From IMG/VR virus record IMGVR_UViG_3300031965_000010: a DNA stretch of 20,000 nucleotides. One strand, given 5' to 3'. Both the position numbers and the translations under genes were made by a program. Under the pieces are notes generated by a model that was not told the DNA's origin, did no database searches, and was given only the letters and a program-made list of their open reading frames with translations. Shown piece by piece: positions 7,725-15,717 of this stretch (position 1 is the stretch's first letter; each line of letters opens with the position of its first letter). Source of the DNA: an uncultured virus (IMG/VR IMGVR_UViG_3300031965_000010). Taxonomy: Duplodnaviria > Heunggongvirae > Uroviricota > Caudoviricetes.

Positions 7725-8473
7725 GGGTAGGACGTACTGAAGAACAATTGTTAGAGGAAAGGGTGGCGAAAAAGCGTCGAGAAGAGGCGCGTGCTGCACG
7801 AGGGTTGTGCGTTCAGTGTGCCGAACCTAACAACGGGTCCGCTAAAAGGTGCATTGACTGTTCTAACAGAGCATCCTCCCAACGTTTTTTTAGAATAAAA
7901 CTACTTAGGTCTTCAGGTAAGTGCTCAGTATGCGGGTCCGTTCGGGATGGTGTGTCGAAACTATGTTCTCCTTGTAAGAAAAAAAGAGTCGACGATTTCC
8001 ATAGACGGTTGAAAGCTGGTGTGTGCGTTTCTTGCTCCGGTCCACGTGATAGGGAATCCAATAAATGTTCAGCTTGTTACAAGCTAGTAAAAGATCGGAA
8101 AGCCGAAAAAGTCAAACAGGGGTTGTGTGCGTCTTGTTACAAAGCCCGAGACGGATTACCTGGTACCTGTTGTGAGACGTGCATACTAAAAATGACGGCG
8201 CATCGCTGGTTGAGAAGTAGAAACAGATGGATAGAGTTGAAAGAGATTTTCGATAGTCAGTCTGGGAGTTGTTTTTACACAGGTCAAGCGATACGGATCG
8301 GCGTCGACGCCACACTAGATCATAGAACACCGCGCTCCAGAGGCGGTTCTTTTGAGATAGACAATCTCCAATGGGTTTCAGAACGCGTCAATCTAGCTAA
8401 AAGAGCTTTGATGCATGACGAATTCATTCAACTCTGTACAACGATCGCTGGAAGATTCCGGGAGAAGAGTTAA
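7721..8473 (+). CDS. HNH endonuclease with four N-terminal CxxC...CxxC zinc-finger repeats
   Basis: ATGA overlap with orn. GLCVQC/GKCSVC/GVCVSC/GLCASC repeats; CFYTG...TLDHRTPRSRGG....NLQWV...VNLAK. Visibly AT-rich. Confidence 0.85.
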   Translation: MRVGRTEEQLLEERVAKKRREEARAARGLCVQCAEPNNGSAKRCIDCSNRASSQRFFRIKLLRSSGKCSVCGSVRDGVSKLCSPCKKKRVDDFHRRLKAGVCVSCSGPRDRESNKCSACYKLVKDRKAEKVKQGLCASCYKARDGLPGTCCETCILKMTAHRWLRSRNRWIELKEIFDSQSGSCFYTGQAIRIGVDATLDHRTPRSRGGSFEIDNLQWVSERVNLAKRALMHDEFIQLCTTIAGRFREKS

Positions 8474-9150
8474 TGTCGAATCTCACAAGAGAAGAAGCTG
8501 CTGCGCTAAAGATTCAACGCGAGCTAGCGAAACGCACACAAGGCTCGATTTTCAATCGTGATGGCTCGCTAAATCGCGAAGCAGCGAATGGCATGTCGGA
8601 AGGGCACACGTACCTTTCCGAGTACCTCGATATGTCGAGGATTCCGTATCCACCTGATCCGGACGGGTCGGACCACGCGGCGAAGCTCGCTCGTATCGTC
8701 GAGTACATGGCGCAATTGCCGGGAAGCTGGGGCGGCGTGGTCGGCGGACCACTCGATGTTCATGAGCAGAAGGTGCTGCATGCGTGCGCCCTTCTCTACG
8801 CGGTCGGCAAGAAAGACGGCGTCGAGGGCTACGCGGAGCGCTCAGCGGCGTTCGCGGACAAGTTCTTCCGAGATGGTGGCGGCGCGGGCACATACTGGTC
8901 GAAAGAATCAGTCCGTGAAGACACGTGTCGGCTCATCTACAACCACGTGCGTCCGGAGGAAGTGCGCGTCGACAAGCGACTTCAGGTGTTCGCGGACGCG
9001 TTGCGCTACGAGCTGTGCCGTCTCGGCGTGAACACGGCCGAGGGGATGGCGCTACTGAAACAACAGTGGAAACCAGAGTTGTTCTACAGCGGATGGGCCG
9101 CAGATCGCGCGAATGCGCGCGCATATATGCTGATGCGTTCTTGGAAATAA
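8473..9150 (+). CDS. Degenerate HD-domain protein (probably catalytically inactive)
   Basis: HA.KL...ALLYAVGK (for LLHDxGK), YAERSA (for HxxRSA), IYNH, DALRYE..RLG (for DADxLDxxRLG). Confidence 0.65.
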   Translation: MSNLTREEAAALKIQRELAKRTQGSIFNRDGSLNREAANGMSEGHTYLSEYLDMSRIPYPPDPDGSDHAAKLARIVEYMAQLPGSWGGVVGGPLDVHEQKVLHACALLYAVGKKDGVEGYAERSAAFADKFFRDGGGAGTYWSKESVREDTCRLIYNHVRPEEVRVDKRLQVFADALRYELCRLGVNTAEGMALLKQQWKPELFYSGWAADRANARAYMLMRSWK

Positions 9151-9153
9151 AAC

Positions 9154-9564
9154 ATGCTAGCTGTGCTCCTCTACATCGTCGTGATGTATCTTTTAGTCGG
9201 CTTAGTTGTGTCGCTCGCGATACCTAGGCATGTCGTGGCGGAGATCGTGGAGTTCATGTTCAACATCACGAGAGACCAGCCGGAGCGGCGCGCGGAGTTT
9301 GAGGCGAGCATGGAGCGCGGTGCTAGTAATCCGCTGTTCGGATATTTTTCCGGCGCGGTGGTTTGGCCGCTCTACCCATTGTTGATTTACGCAGCGAGGA
9401 AACACAAGCGGGTCACAGAGGAGATTCGCGATGTGGAGCGAAGGATCAAAGAAGTTGATCGACAGCTCGACGAAATGGAGCGCCTACACCTCGAGGGCTC
9501 GATTTTCGACGGACCGCCGTTCGAAGCGAAGTCCAGCCACCCGTTCAATCCCGATCAAGAATAG
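9154..9564 (+). CDS. Membrane protein, two hydrophobic segments and a C-terminal coiled coil
   Basis: MLAVLLYIVVMYLLVGLVVSLAI and FGYFSGAVVWPLYPLLIYA; heptad tail. Confidence 0.75.
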   Translation: MLAVLLYIVVMYLLVGLVVSLAIPRHVVAEIVEFMFNITRDQPERRAEFEASMERGASNPLFGYFSGAVVWPLYPLLIYAARKHKRVTEEIRDVERRIKEVDRQLDEMERLHLEGSIFDGPPFEAKSSHPFNPDQE

Positions 9565-9577
9565 AGGAGAAGACACC

Positions 9578-9946
9578 ATGGGAATTTCAGCGGACGCTTT
9601 TTTTAATTCTTCCCGCAACGGCAAGGCCATGTTGCTCATGCTGGCTGGTCAGGGGCACGTGGAGGTAGTGCGCGGCGCGTGTGAATGGATTGCGGGCGTG
9701 TACCAGAAGGATTTGGAAGCAGCGGCGGTGCATAAGGGCGCGAATCAGAAGCAGGCGAAGATCGCAGCCGAGAACGGGGCTGCTGGTGTCCTCGCGCTGG
9801 CGGAAGGCATCAACGACCGCAACTGCGTTCAGGCCGCGACCCAGGTGGTCGATGCTTGCTTTCAGCGTCACTACAACGCCGGGAAGCCGTCCTACGACAC
9901 AGCGATGGCGTGGTTTGCTGACGAGCTTCGGAAGCGTGTGAAGTGA
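9578..9946 (+). CDS. Hypothetical helical protein (122 aa)
   Basis: SD GAGGAG before ATG9578; codon usage matches neighbours. Confidence 0.75.
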   Translation: MGISADAFFNSSRNGKAMLLMLAGQGHVEVVRGACEWIAGVYQKDLEAAAVHKGANQKQAKIAAENGAAGVLALAEGINDRNCVQAATQVVDACFQRHYNAGKPSYDTAMAWFADELRKRVK

Positions 9947-9996
9947 CCGCGCGAATGATGGAGACGTGGCTGCGTCGAGCCTGCGGAAAATAACCA

Positions 9997-10626
9997 ATGG
10001 CTAATAACATCACGAGATGGGCCGACGAGGACCCGCCGAACATGCTGCTCGCCATCGACCCGGGCGCGTCGTTCCCGGACAGGAACCCGCACCGTCGCGT
10101 TCCATACGCAGGTGTGGCGATGTTTCAGTGGGGCTCGCTCACATGGGCGGGGCTCGTGAAGTGTCCGATCGAAGTGAACACCGAAGTCGTCTCCGCGTTC
10201 GCACGGCCGAACGCGCTCGTGAAGAAAGTTTGCCACGAGGTGGGCATCGCAAGGTTCGCAGGTGAGGCGGGTCGGAGGGGAAAGCCAGGCGTGACGTTGA
10301 ACGTGCTCGCGGTTGAAAACCCGCTCATCTACACGAAGGGCACAGCGCGACCGAAAGACATCTTGGCGCTGGGGAAAATCTACGGTGCGTTCATGGGCGG
10401 CATCGACTCGGAGTTTTATTCTGGTCCGAGCCCGCAAGAGTGGAAGGGGTCGATCGATCCTGCGACCGTGAACGAGCGCGCGGCGGCGATTTTGAATCCC
10501 ATGGAGCAGGTGATTTTGATCAAGGCGCAGCGTGCGGGCGAAGGTGGACTATCGGACCATGTCCTGGACGCAGTGGGCCTCGGACTGTTCACGTTAGCCA
10601 GAGCAGGGAAGGCGATGGTTGTATGA
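9997..10626 (+). CDS. RuvC-like Holliday junction resolvase
   Basis: LLAIDPG, AGVAMF, LAVENP, PQEWKG, DHVLDAVGLG give the RNase H-fold D-E-D-D set. Confidence 0.8.
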   Translation: MANNITRWADEDPPNMLLAIDPGASFPDRNPHRRVPYAGVAMFQWGSLTWAGLVKCPIEVNTEVVSAFARPNALVKKVCHEVGIARFAGEAGRRGKPGVTLNVLAVENPLIYTKGTARPKDILALGKIYGAFMGGIDSEFYSGPSPQEWKGSIDPATVNERAAAILNPMEQVILIKAQRAGEGGLSDHVLDAVGLGLFTLARAGKAMVV

Positions 10627-10946
10627 CGACGTTCGGCGAGCTTTTTTGGGAAGTCTCTTTTGAGAAGGAACACGGGCGAAAGCCTACGGATGCGGAGCGC
10701 GCGGAATTTAATGCGCGTATGGATCGTGACATCGCTGAATACCAGGCGCAGCAGACGCCGGAACAACGAAAGCTCGGCGAAGAAGGCGCGCAGATGATTT
10801 CCGGTTTCGTTACCAAGTTCGCGCAGATCGTATCGGCAGCCAAGAAAGCGACAATCGAGGTCCAGTGCGCTGGCTGCGGATGTCGGACTCACGTTTTCAA
10901 AGGCGAGCGGGAAGTGTGCGGCCAATGCGCGAAGGTGATGATGTGA
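10623..10946 (+). CDS. Hypothetical protein with C-terminal zinc ribbon
   Basis: ATGA-coupled start; CAGC...CGQC. Confidence 0.7.
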   Translation: MTTFGELFWEVSFEKEHGRKPTDAERAEFNARMDRDIAEYQAQQTPEQRKLGEEGAQMISGFVTKFAQIVSAAKKATIEVQCAGCGCRTHVFKGEREVCGQCAKVMM

Positions 10947-11305
10947 CGGACACCCCCGCAAATCACAGCCAAAACACGTGCGCGAACTGCAAATTCGTCG
11001 GCACGTACAAGCGCCCTCGCATCATGGATGCGACGGGCTTCGACGATCAGCTCATGTTCGAAGGTCCCGGCGACGGCGCTGACGGAACGGGGGATGAGAC
11101 CGTCTATATGTGCAAGGCGCCGACGTCGGTAAACGGGCTCATGTCGCCGCATCCGAACACAGAGCGAATTGAACCCATCACGTGCGAGGTGTGGCGTCCA
11201 CAGTCCGCCGCGAATACGGAAGCGCAGGCGAGGTTGGCGGAGATCGACCGGAAGATTGCGGAGCGCGAGGCGCGCATGACGAAGAAGGAGAGCAACGATG
11301 AGTGA
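10943..11305 (+). CDS. Hypothetical Cys-motif protein
   Basis: GTGA-coupled start; TCANCKF...C...TCEVW pattern common in small phage proteins. Confidence 0.7.
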   Translation: MTDTPANHSQNTCANCKFVGTYKRPRIMDATGFDDQLMFEGPGDGADGTGDETVYMCKAPTSVNGLMSPHPNTERIEPITCEVWRPQSAANTEAQARLAEIDRKIAEREARMTKKESNDE

Positions 11306-11678
11306 CAACATCCGACCCAACTACTATCGAGCCAACATTCGAGATGTATCGAACGAGTTCAGAGAGATCGAATGCCTCGCGGCGATCGACGGGCTCGATC
11401 TCAATTTCAATACGGGAAACGCGTTGAAATACTTGTGGCGAGCGGGAAGGAAAGACCCGCTGGGCGTCATCGAGGATTTGAAAAAGGCGCGAACCTACCT
11501 CGATTTGGAAATTTCTCGCCGGTCTACCAGCACGTTGCCGAAGCCGGTTGAGACAGATCCGGACGAAATCATGGCTCGCGTTCTCGAAATGGTCGGAGTG
11601 TCCGAAGCGGATTCGAAGGTTTCTGCATTGCTCACAGATCTTCGGAACACCCTCCAGCGTGCAGGGGCGAAGCGATGA
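11298..11678 (+). CDS. DUF3310 protein (T7 gp1.7 nucleotide-kinase-related family)
   Basis: DNIRPNYY...IEC...FNTGNALKYLWRAGRKD...EDLKKARTYL; SD AAGGAG. Confidence 0.88.
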   Translation: MSDNIRPNYYRANIRDVSNEFREIECLAAIDGLDLNFNTGNALKYLWRAGRKDPLGVIEDLKKARTYLDLEISRRSTSTLPKPVETDPDEIMARVLEMVGVSEADSKVSALLTDLRNTLQRAGAKR

Positions 11679-12340
11679 CAACCCAAGTGTTCGAGATGTA
11701 CGCGGACTCGTTGAAGACGCAGCGCGCGTCGGCGATCGAAGCCGCCTCTGAGGCCGGCGAGATGTGGTCTCTCATCGAAGGGTGGTCGATTCAGACGCAG
11801 GATGAGTACGCGGAGTGCGGAGCGCTTTTGAAAGAGGTGAAGGGGAAGATCAAATTCCTCGATGACGAGAGGAAAATATCGGTCGGGCCTCTGAACGAGG
11901 AAGTGAAGCGGGTGAACGACTGGTTCCGGCCGGCGCTCGACAGGCTCAAGCAGATTTCAGATCATGCGATGCGTCTCATGGGCTCGTACACGCTGCGGCA
12001 GAAACAGGAGGAGCAGCGACTGCTTCAGGAAGCTCAAGCAGCGGCGCAGGCAGTGCTTGCGACCGAGCCCGATGTTCATTCTGCTGCGGGAATGCAGCAG
12101 GCAGCGTCCCTCGTGACGGAGGCTTCGAACGCGGCGGCTCCCAAGGTCAGTGGCATCGGCGTGAAACCGGTGTGGAAGTTCGACGTCGTTGATGCAGCGG
12201 CGCTCGTGCGGGCGCATCCAGAGCTGGCGATGCCGGACATGAAGGCAATCGGCGCCTGGGTCAAAGAGCATGGCGACAAAAACGTCCCGACGGGCGTGAA
12301 GGTGGTGGCTGATGTCCGATTCAACGTCCGTTCCGCGTGA
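11675..12340 (+). CDS. Long coiled-coil phage protein with Gp157/Gam-like C-terminal motif
   Basis: LKEVKGKIKFLDDERK....PLN..VKRVNDWF and WKFDVVD...PDMKAI..WVK.....PTGVKV, a family usually found in phage recombination modules. Confidence 0.6.
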   Translation: MTTQVFEMYADSLKTQRASAIEAASEAGEMWSLIEGWSIQTQDEYAECGALLKEVKGKIKFLDDERKISVGPLNEEVKRVNDWFRPALDRLKQISDHAMRLMGSYTLRQKQEEQRLLQEAQAAAQAVLATEPDVHSAAGMQQAASLVTEASNAAAPKVSGIGVKPVWKFDVVDAAALVRAHPELAMPDMKAIGAWVKEHGDKNVPTGVKVVADVRFNVRSA

Positions 12341-13181
12341 TGCTCGCGACCGGCGCGAACGTCGACGTGTTCGTCGCAAGTCTCCGTTGGAGACGTTGCC
12401 GAAGGTAAATCAACTCAAGCGCAACGGAGCGCTCGTCGGGAAAACCAAGACCCATTTAGGACACCCTAGGAGCGGGGGCGCGAAGCCGATTGCCCCAGCC
12501 GGTGTTCGATACCACCTCGAGCCCGAGGAGCTGCGATCGTTTTTCCGAAACATCCCGACGAAGAGTTTCTGGTATTCGTATTTCTACATCCAGTATTTCT
12601 ACGGGTGCCGTCTTTCGGAGCCAGCGCTTATTTTGGACGAGGACGTCAACTTCAAGAAGAAGCTCGTTTTGATCCGCCGACTCAAAAAAGAGCAAGAGGC
12701 GGAAGGCTATCGAGAGTACGTGTACGCGACCCCACCGAGGATTCTCGAGTGCGTGCGAACCGCGCTGGCGTATAAGGCCGTCAAGAAGATCGAAGAGAAC
12801 CCGTTTCTCTTCGCGTCTAACAGGAAGCGAACGACGAACGAGGTTGGAGCGGAGCGTTTGTCGCAGCTCCGGAATCTCGACGGTTGGCAGGCTGTCTCCC
12901 GCTTCACAGCGCACCGCATGTTTCAGAAGGTCGCACGCATTATAAGACTGCCGGATGTCCTGTTACATTCTCATGTGCTGCGACACACGCGGGCGGTCAT
13001 GTTGCTCGCGATGGGGTTGACTCCGGAAAAGGTACGGGAAGAGCTTGGACACAGCTCCCTCAACATGACGCTGCGATATGTGGATGTAGCGGACGGCGTA
13101 AGGAAACGCTTGGCGTTGGCGAACAAACACAGCGTGGCTTTGCGAGAGGACCTTGCAGACATGGGCTTGGGGTTGCTGTGA
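12312..13181 (+). CDS. Tyrosine recombinase, FimB/FimE-like catalytic-domain-only type
   Basis: YGCRLSE (R), IRRLKK (K), HVLRHT (HxxR), LGHSSLNMTLRY (H, Y). Start codon uncertain. Confidence 0.88.
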   Translation: MSDSTSVPRDARDRRERRRVRRKSPLETLPKVNQLKRNGALVGKTKTHLGHPRSGGAKPIAPAGVRYHLEPEELRSFFRNIPTKSFWYSYFYIQYFYGCRLSEPALILDEDVNFKKKLVLIRRLKKEQEAEGYREYVYATPPRILECVRTALAYKAVKKIEENPFLFASNRKRTTNEVGAERLSQLRNLDGWQAVSRFTAHRMFQKVARIIRLPDVLLHSHVLRHTRAVMLLAMGLTPEKVREELGHSSLNMTLRYVDVADGVRKRLALANKHSVALREDLADMGLGLL

Positions 13182-13516
13182 GCATTTTCGGACACAACGT
13201 GGTTCACGTCGAGAAAGACGTCGAGCGCAAGCGCTGGGTGGTCTCGACGGCTCAAGAGCCGCGGCAGGTGCTCGTCACGATTCCGTGGGTGGATGCGCTG
13301 AAGACTTTTACGGATGCGCAGTTCCGACAGTATTCAGACTACATAGAGGCGCTGACGACGTGCCAGTCGAATAAGAACACCGCGCTCACGTCCAGAGAGG
13401 TGCGGGAGATACGTGCGGCACAAGCCACAACAGACACGGCGGGCGGCGCAGGTGGTGTAACGCAGAAGCCGACAAACGTCGTCTCGTTCGAAGATTTCAA
13501 ACGCAGGAAGAAGTGA
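13178..13516 (+). CDS. Hypothetical protein (112 aa)
   Basis: GTGA-coupled start; ends in the common NVVSFEDFKRRKK tail motif. Confidence 0.7.
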   Translation: MSIFGHNVVHVEKDVERKRWVVSTAQEPRQVLVTIPWVDALKTFTDAQFRQYSDYIEALTTCQSNKNTALTSREVREIRAAQATTDTAGGAGGVTQKPTNVVSFEDFKRRKK

Positions 13517-13821
13517 TGTCGGAAAACGATCGTGGAGGGGAACGCTTCTTTACACTCACACCCGCGCAGATCGTGTTTCAGGTCGCGACGCGCGTAAAGG
13601 AGTACGCGCGAGATATCGGAACGTCGTGTGTGATGCCGGGGAGACACGACGAAGAATGTGGTGCGTTAACGATGGGAGTGCGTTGCGAGAAGTGTTTGCG
13701 TCTCATTTGTGTAGGACACACATACTGGAGCTTGGCAGGAGCTGAAGTTAGATCATATTGTGCACCCTGCGTCGTTTCCTCGAACGAGGATTTGTTTCAA
13801 GGTGAAGACGACGAAGATTGA
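13513..13821 (+). CDS. Small Zn-finger protein
   Basis: C....H...C, CEKC...IC..H, YCAPC; coupled to the upstream stop. Confidence 0.7.
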   Translation: MMSENDRGGERFFTLTPAQIVFQVATRVKEYARDIGTSCVMPGRHDEECGALTMGVRCEKCLRLICVGHTYWSLAGAEVRSYCAPCVVSSNEDLFQGEDDED

Positions 13822-14311
13822 TCCCACAGGGGAGCACCGAAGGGGAGCACCAAACGAGGTGCATGTGAGGTCTGGTTTGGGTGGGCTCATAGACACAATC
13901 CTGCACATCGCCGACCTCAACGCGAAGGATGTCAAGGTCCCGTACACACGAGGTCGCCGGGAGAGATTGACCACTGCGGCGACGCTGGAAGATCAAGAAT
14001 GGGATGCGTTCAAGGCGAGGTTGGAGCGCAGGAAGAGCCTCCTACTTCGAGGGTCGGCGGATGCTGAACGCGACGACACCACAGATTTGGACGAAGACGA
14101 TATAGATTTACTGCTCGCCATCGTCGGAATCCTGGAGAAGTCGTCAGGGTTCACCAGCGCAGAAGTCGTTCGTGAGCTTCAACGCGCGAAGGTTCTCAGT
14201 CTGGAATTCACCGCAGCCGCGCGAGCGCAGGCACAGCGCATGTTGAACAAGCTACGTGAACTGAATCGCGTTTTGATGGACGCGAACGGCCGGTGGTACC
14301 TGGTGCGCTAG
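13802..14311 (+). CDS. Hypothetical protein with C-terminal winged helix-turn-helix
   Basis: AIVGILEKSSGFTSAEVVREL...AQRMLNKLRELNRV....GRWYL. Start GTG13802 is tentative. Confidence 0.65.
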   Translation: MKTTKIDPTGEHRRGAPNEVHVRSGLGGLIDTILHIADLNAKDVKVPYTRGRRERLTTAATLEDQEWDAFKARLERRKSLLLRGSADAERDDTTDLDEDDIDLLLAIVGILEKSSGFTSAEVVRELQRAKVLSLEFTAAARAQAQRMLNKLRELNRVLMDANGRWYLVR

Positions 14312-14721
14312 CCGACTGCGCGAATCTCGACGCGAGTTAGACCTTTCTCTACAAAATCAAGCTCGCGCGCTGCACCCTTGGACAGGTCGATGACGCGCGT
14401 GAAGCGCCCTGACGCGTCTTTAGGGAACGGACCGCGATCGTTCACGAGCACGCGAACAGTGCGGCCGTTTTCCAGGTTGGTGACATCGACGACGGTACCG
14501 AGTTTCATGGTTCGATGCGCCGCCGTCATCTTGTTCTCGTCGAAGATCTGCCCCGATGCCGTAGGCCGACCGTTGAAAAACGTGCCGTACCAGGACGCGA
14601 TGCCGGAATCGATCACGGACCCGGTTGCCGACGGCGATGATGGTGACGACGTCGATTTCGATCGCGACATGAACAGCGCGACTGCGCCGACCCCGAGAGC
14701 GATCCAAAAAAGGCGTTTCAT
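14308..14721 (-). CDS. rlpA: RlpA-like double-psi beta-barrel lytic transglycosylase with N-terminal membrane anchor
   Basis: GIASWYG..FNGRPTASG..FD....TAAHRT...GT.V.VTNLENGRTV.V.VNDRGPF...RVIDLSKGAA; MKR plus hydrophobic segment; no SPOR domain. Confidence 0.92.
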   Translation of the reverse strand: MKRLFWIALGVGAVALFMSRSKSTSSPSSPSATGSVIDSGIASWYGTFFNGRPTASGQIFDENKMTAAHRTMKLGTVVDVTNLENGRTVRVLVNDRGPFPKDASGRFTRVIDLSKGAARELDFVEKGLTRVEIRAVG

Positions 14722-14727
14722 GCAGGC

Positions 14728-14736
14728 ACGATAACA
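14728..14736 (-). promoter_or_regulatory. Candidate extended -10 for a leaderless rlpA transcript
   Basis: Minus strand reads TG-T-TATCGT-gcctgc-ATG; no SD upstream of the ATG. Confidence 0.45.
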
Positions 14737-14787
14737 CCCGCCATAGCTACGTGATGATGTAGCAGAAAAAGGGGCTAGGATTCGCTT

Positions 14788-14799
14788 CCTGACGTCAGG
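14788..14799. promoter_or_regulatory. Perfect 12-bp palindrome in the divergent intergenic region
   Basis: CCTGACGTCAGG between rlpA and the fibre genes. Confidence 0.4.
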
Positions 14800-14831
14800 G
14801 ACCCACGCCCGGTCGCGCATGGAGGTTTAAC

Positions 14832-15479
14832 GTGCCCGTTCTTCCAGCAGTAGGCGATGAGTTGATCGCCCTCAACAATCTCGCTGGCGGCATGCCGCAG
14901 CGGAATGCTGAGGCTTTCCCGCTCGGAACGGCACTCAACGAATTAGCCGCGGGAAGCGGTGGAATCCCGGCTCCCGTAGGTTCGGCAACAGGGGACATTC
15001 TCGTTTTTGATGGGGTTGCTTGGAACAATCTCGTCCCCGGCGTGGCGGGCACATTCCTTCAATCGAACGGTCCCGGCGTACTCCCCACGTATGCGGTTGT
15101 CGCAGGGGGAGGCGGAACCGTTCAAGACACCTACGACTGCCCCGCGGGTGTTGCAGTTGCAGACGCGGTATTCATGGACGCCATTTCGAATAGTGTCGAC
15201 GAGGCATCCGCAGAGTCCGGTGTCGGACAGACCAGCGCGGCGATCGGAATCGTGATTTCCAAACCCACCGCCGTTACGGCGGTCGTGGTCAGTGCCGGAG
15301 CGGCTGCCGTGTTCGCCGGACTTACTCCCGGAACACGCTACTGGCTCGACCCCGCGACTCCGGGCGGCATCACGAGCACAGTCCCGACCGGTGCCGGAGA
15401 GGCACTCCAGCCGATCGGCTGGGCGGTGACTGCGACGAAACTCCTTGTTGAGATCGGCGAGAGCACGCTCCTTTCCTGA
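14832..15479 (+). CDS. Virion fibre/decoration protein with DUF2190/cement-like C-terminal domain
   Basis: SD GGAGGT; GDILVFDGVAW...G.FLQSNG.G..P.Y fibre motif; GLTPGTRYWL....GGITST.PT......PIGWAV. Confidence 0.7.
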   Translation: MPVLPAVGDELIALNNLAGGMPQRNAEAFPLGTALNELAAGSGGIPAPVGSATGDILVFDGVAWNNLVPGVAGTFLQSNGPGVLPTYAVVAGGGGTVQDTYDCPAGVAVADAVFMDAISNSVDEASAESGVGQTSAAIGIVISKPTAVTAVVVSAGAAAVFAGLTPGTRYWLDPATPGGITSTVPTGAGEALQPIGWAVTATKLLVEIGESTLLS

Positions 15480-15490
15480 GGTGAATCACA

Positions 15491-15709
15491 ATGGCGACGT
15501 TCAAATATAAAGGCGAACTTCCGAATCCGGTCGTCCTAGAGATGGGAAAGACGATGACGATTTGCATCCCGCAGCAGGATGGGTCGAAGGTCGAACTGAC
15601 CGCTCCGACTGAAGCCGGTTGGCAGGATGGCGACGAGCTTCCGCACGACTTCACCGATGCGCGCGCTTTGCGAATTCTCCGGTCAGATCCGCGCTTCGAG
15701 GAAATCTGA
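15491..15709 (+). CDS. Small hypothetical protein (72 aa) in structural module
   Basis: SD GAGGTG; fills the gap between two fibre genes. Confidence 0.75.
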   Translation: MATFKYKGELPNPVVLEMGKTMTICIPQQDGSKVELTAPTEAGWQDGDELPHDFTDARALRILRSDPRFEEI

Positions 15710-15717
15710 GGTAGCCC

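Noticed and set aside
13828..13851. AGGGGAGCACC direct repeat (13-nt period)
   Set aside because: Only two short copies with no supporting context; may just indicate a later start for the wHTH gene.
14290..14800. rlpA as an invertible cassette of the FimB-like recombinase
   Set aside because: Only 6-7 bp flanking matches (CTAGCC/GGCTAG, GCGAATC/GATTCGC) in non-collinear order; expected by chance.
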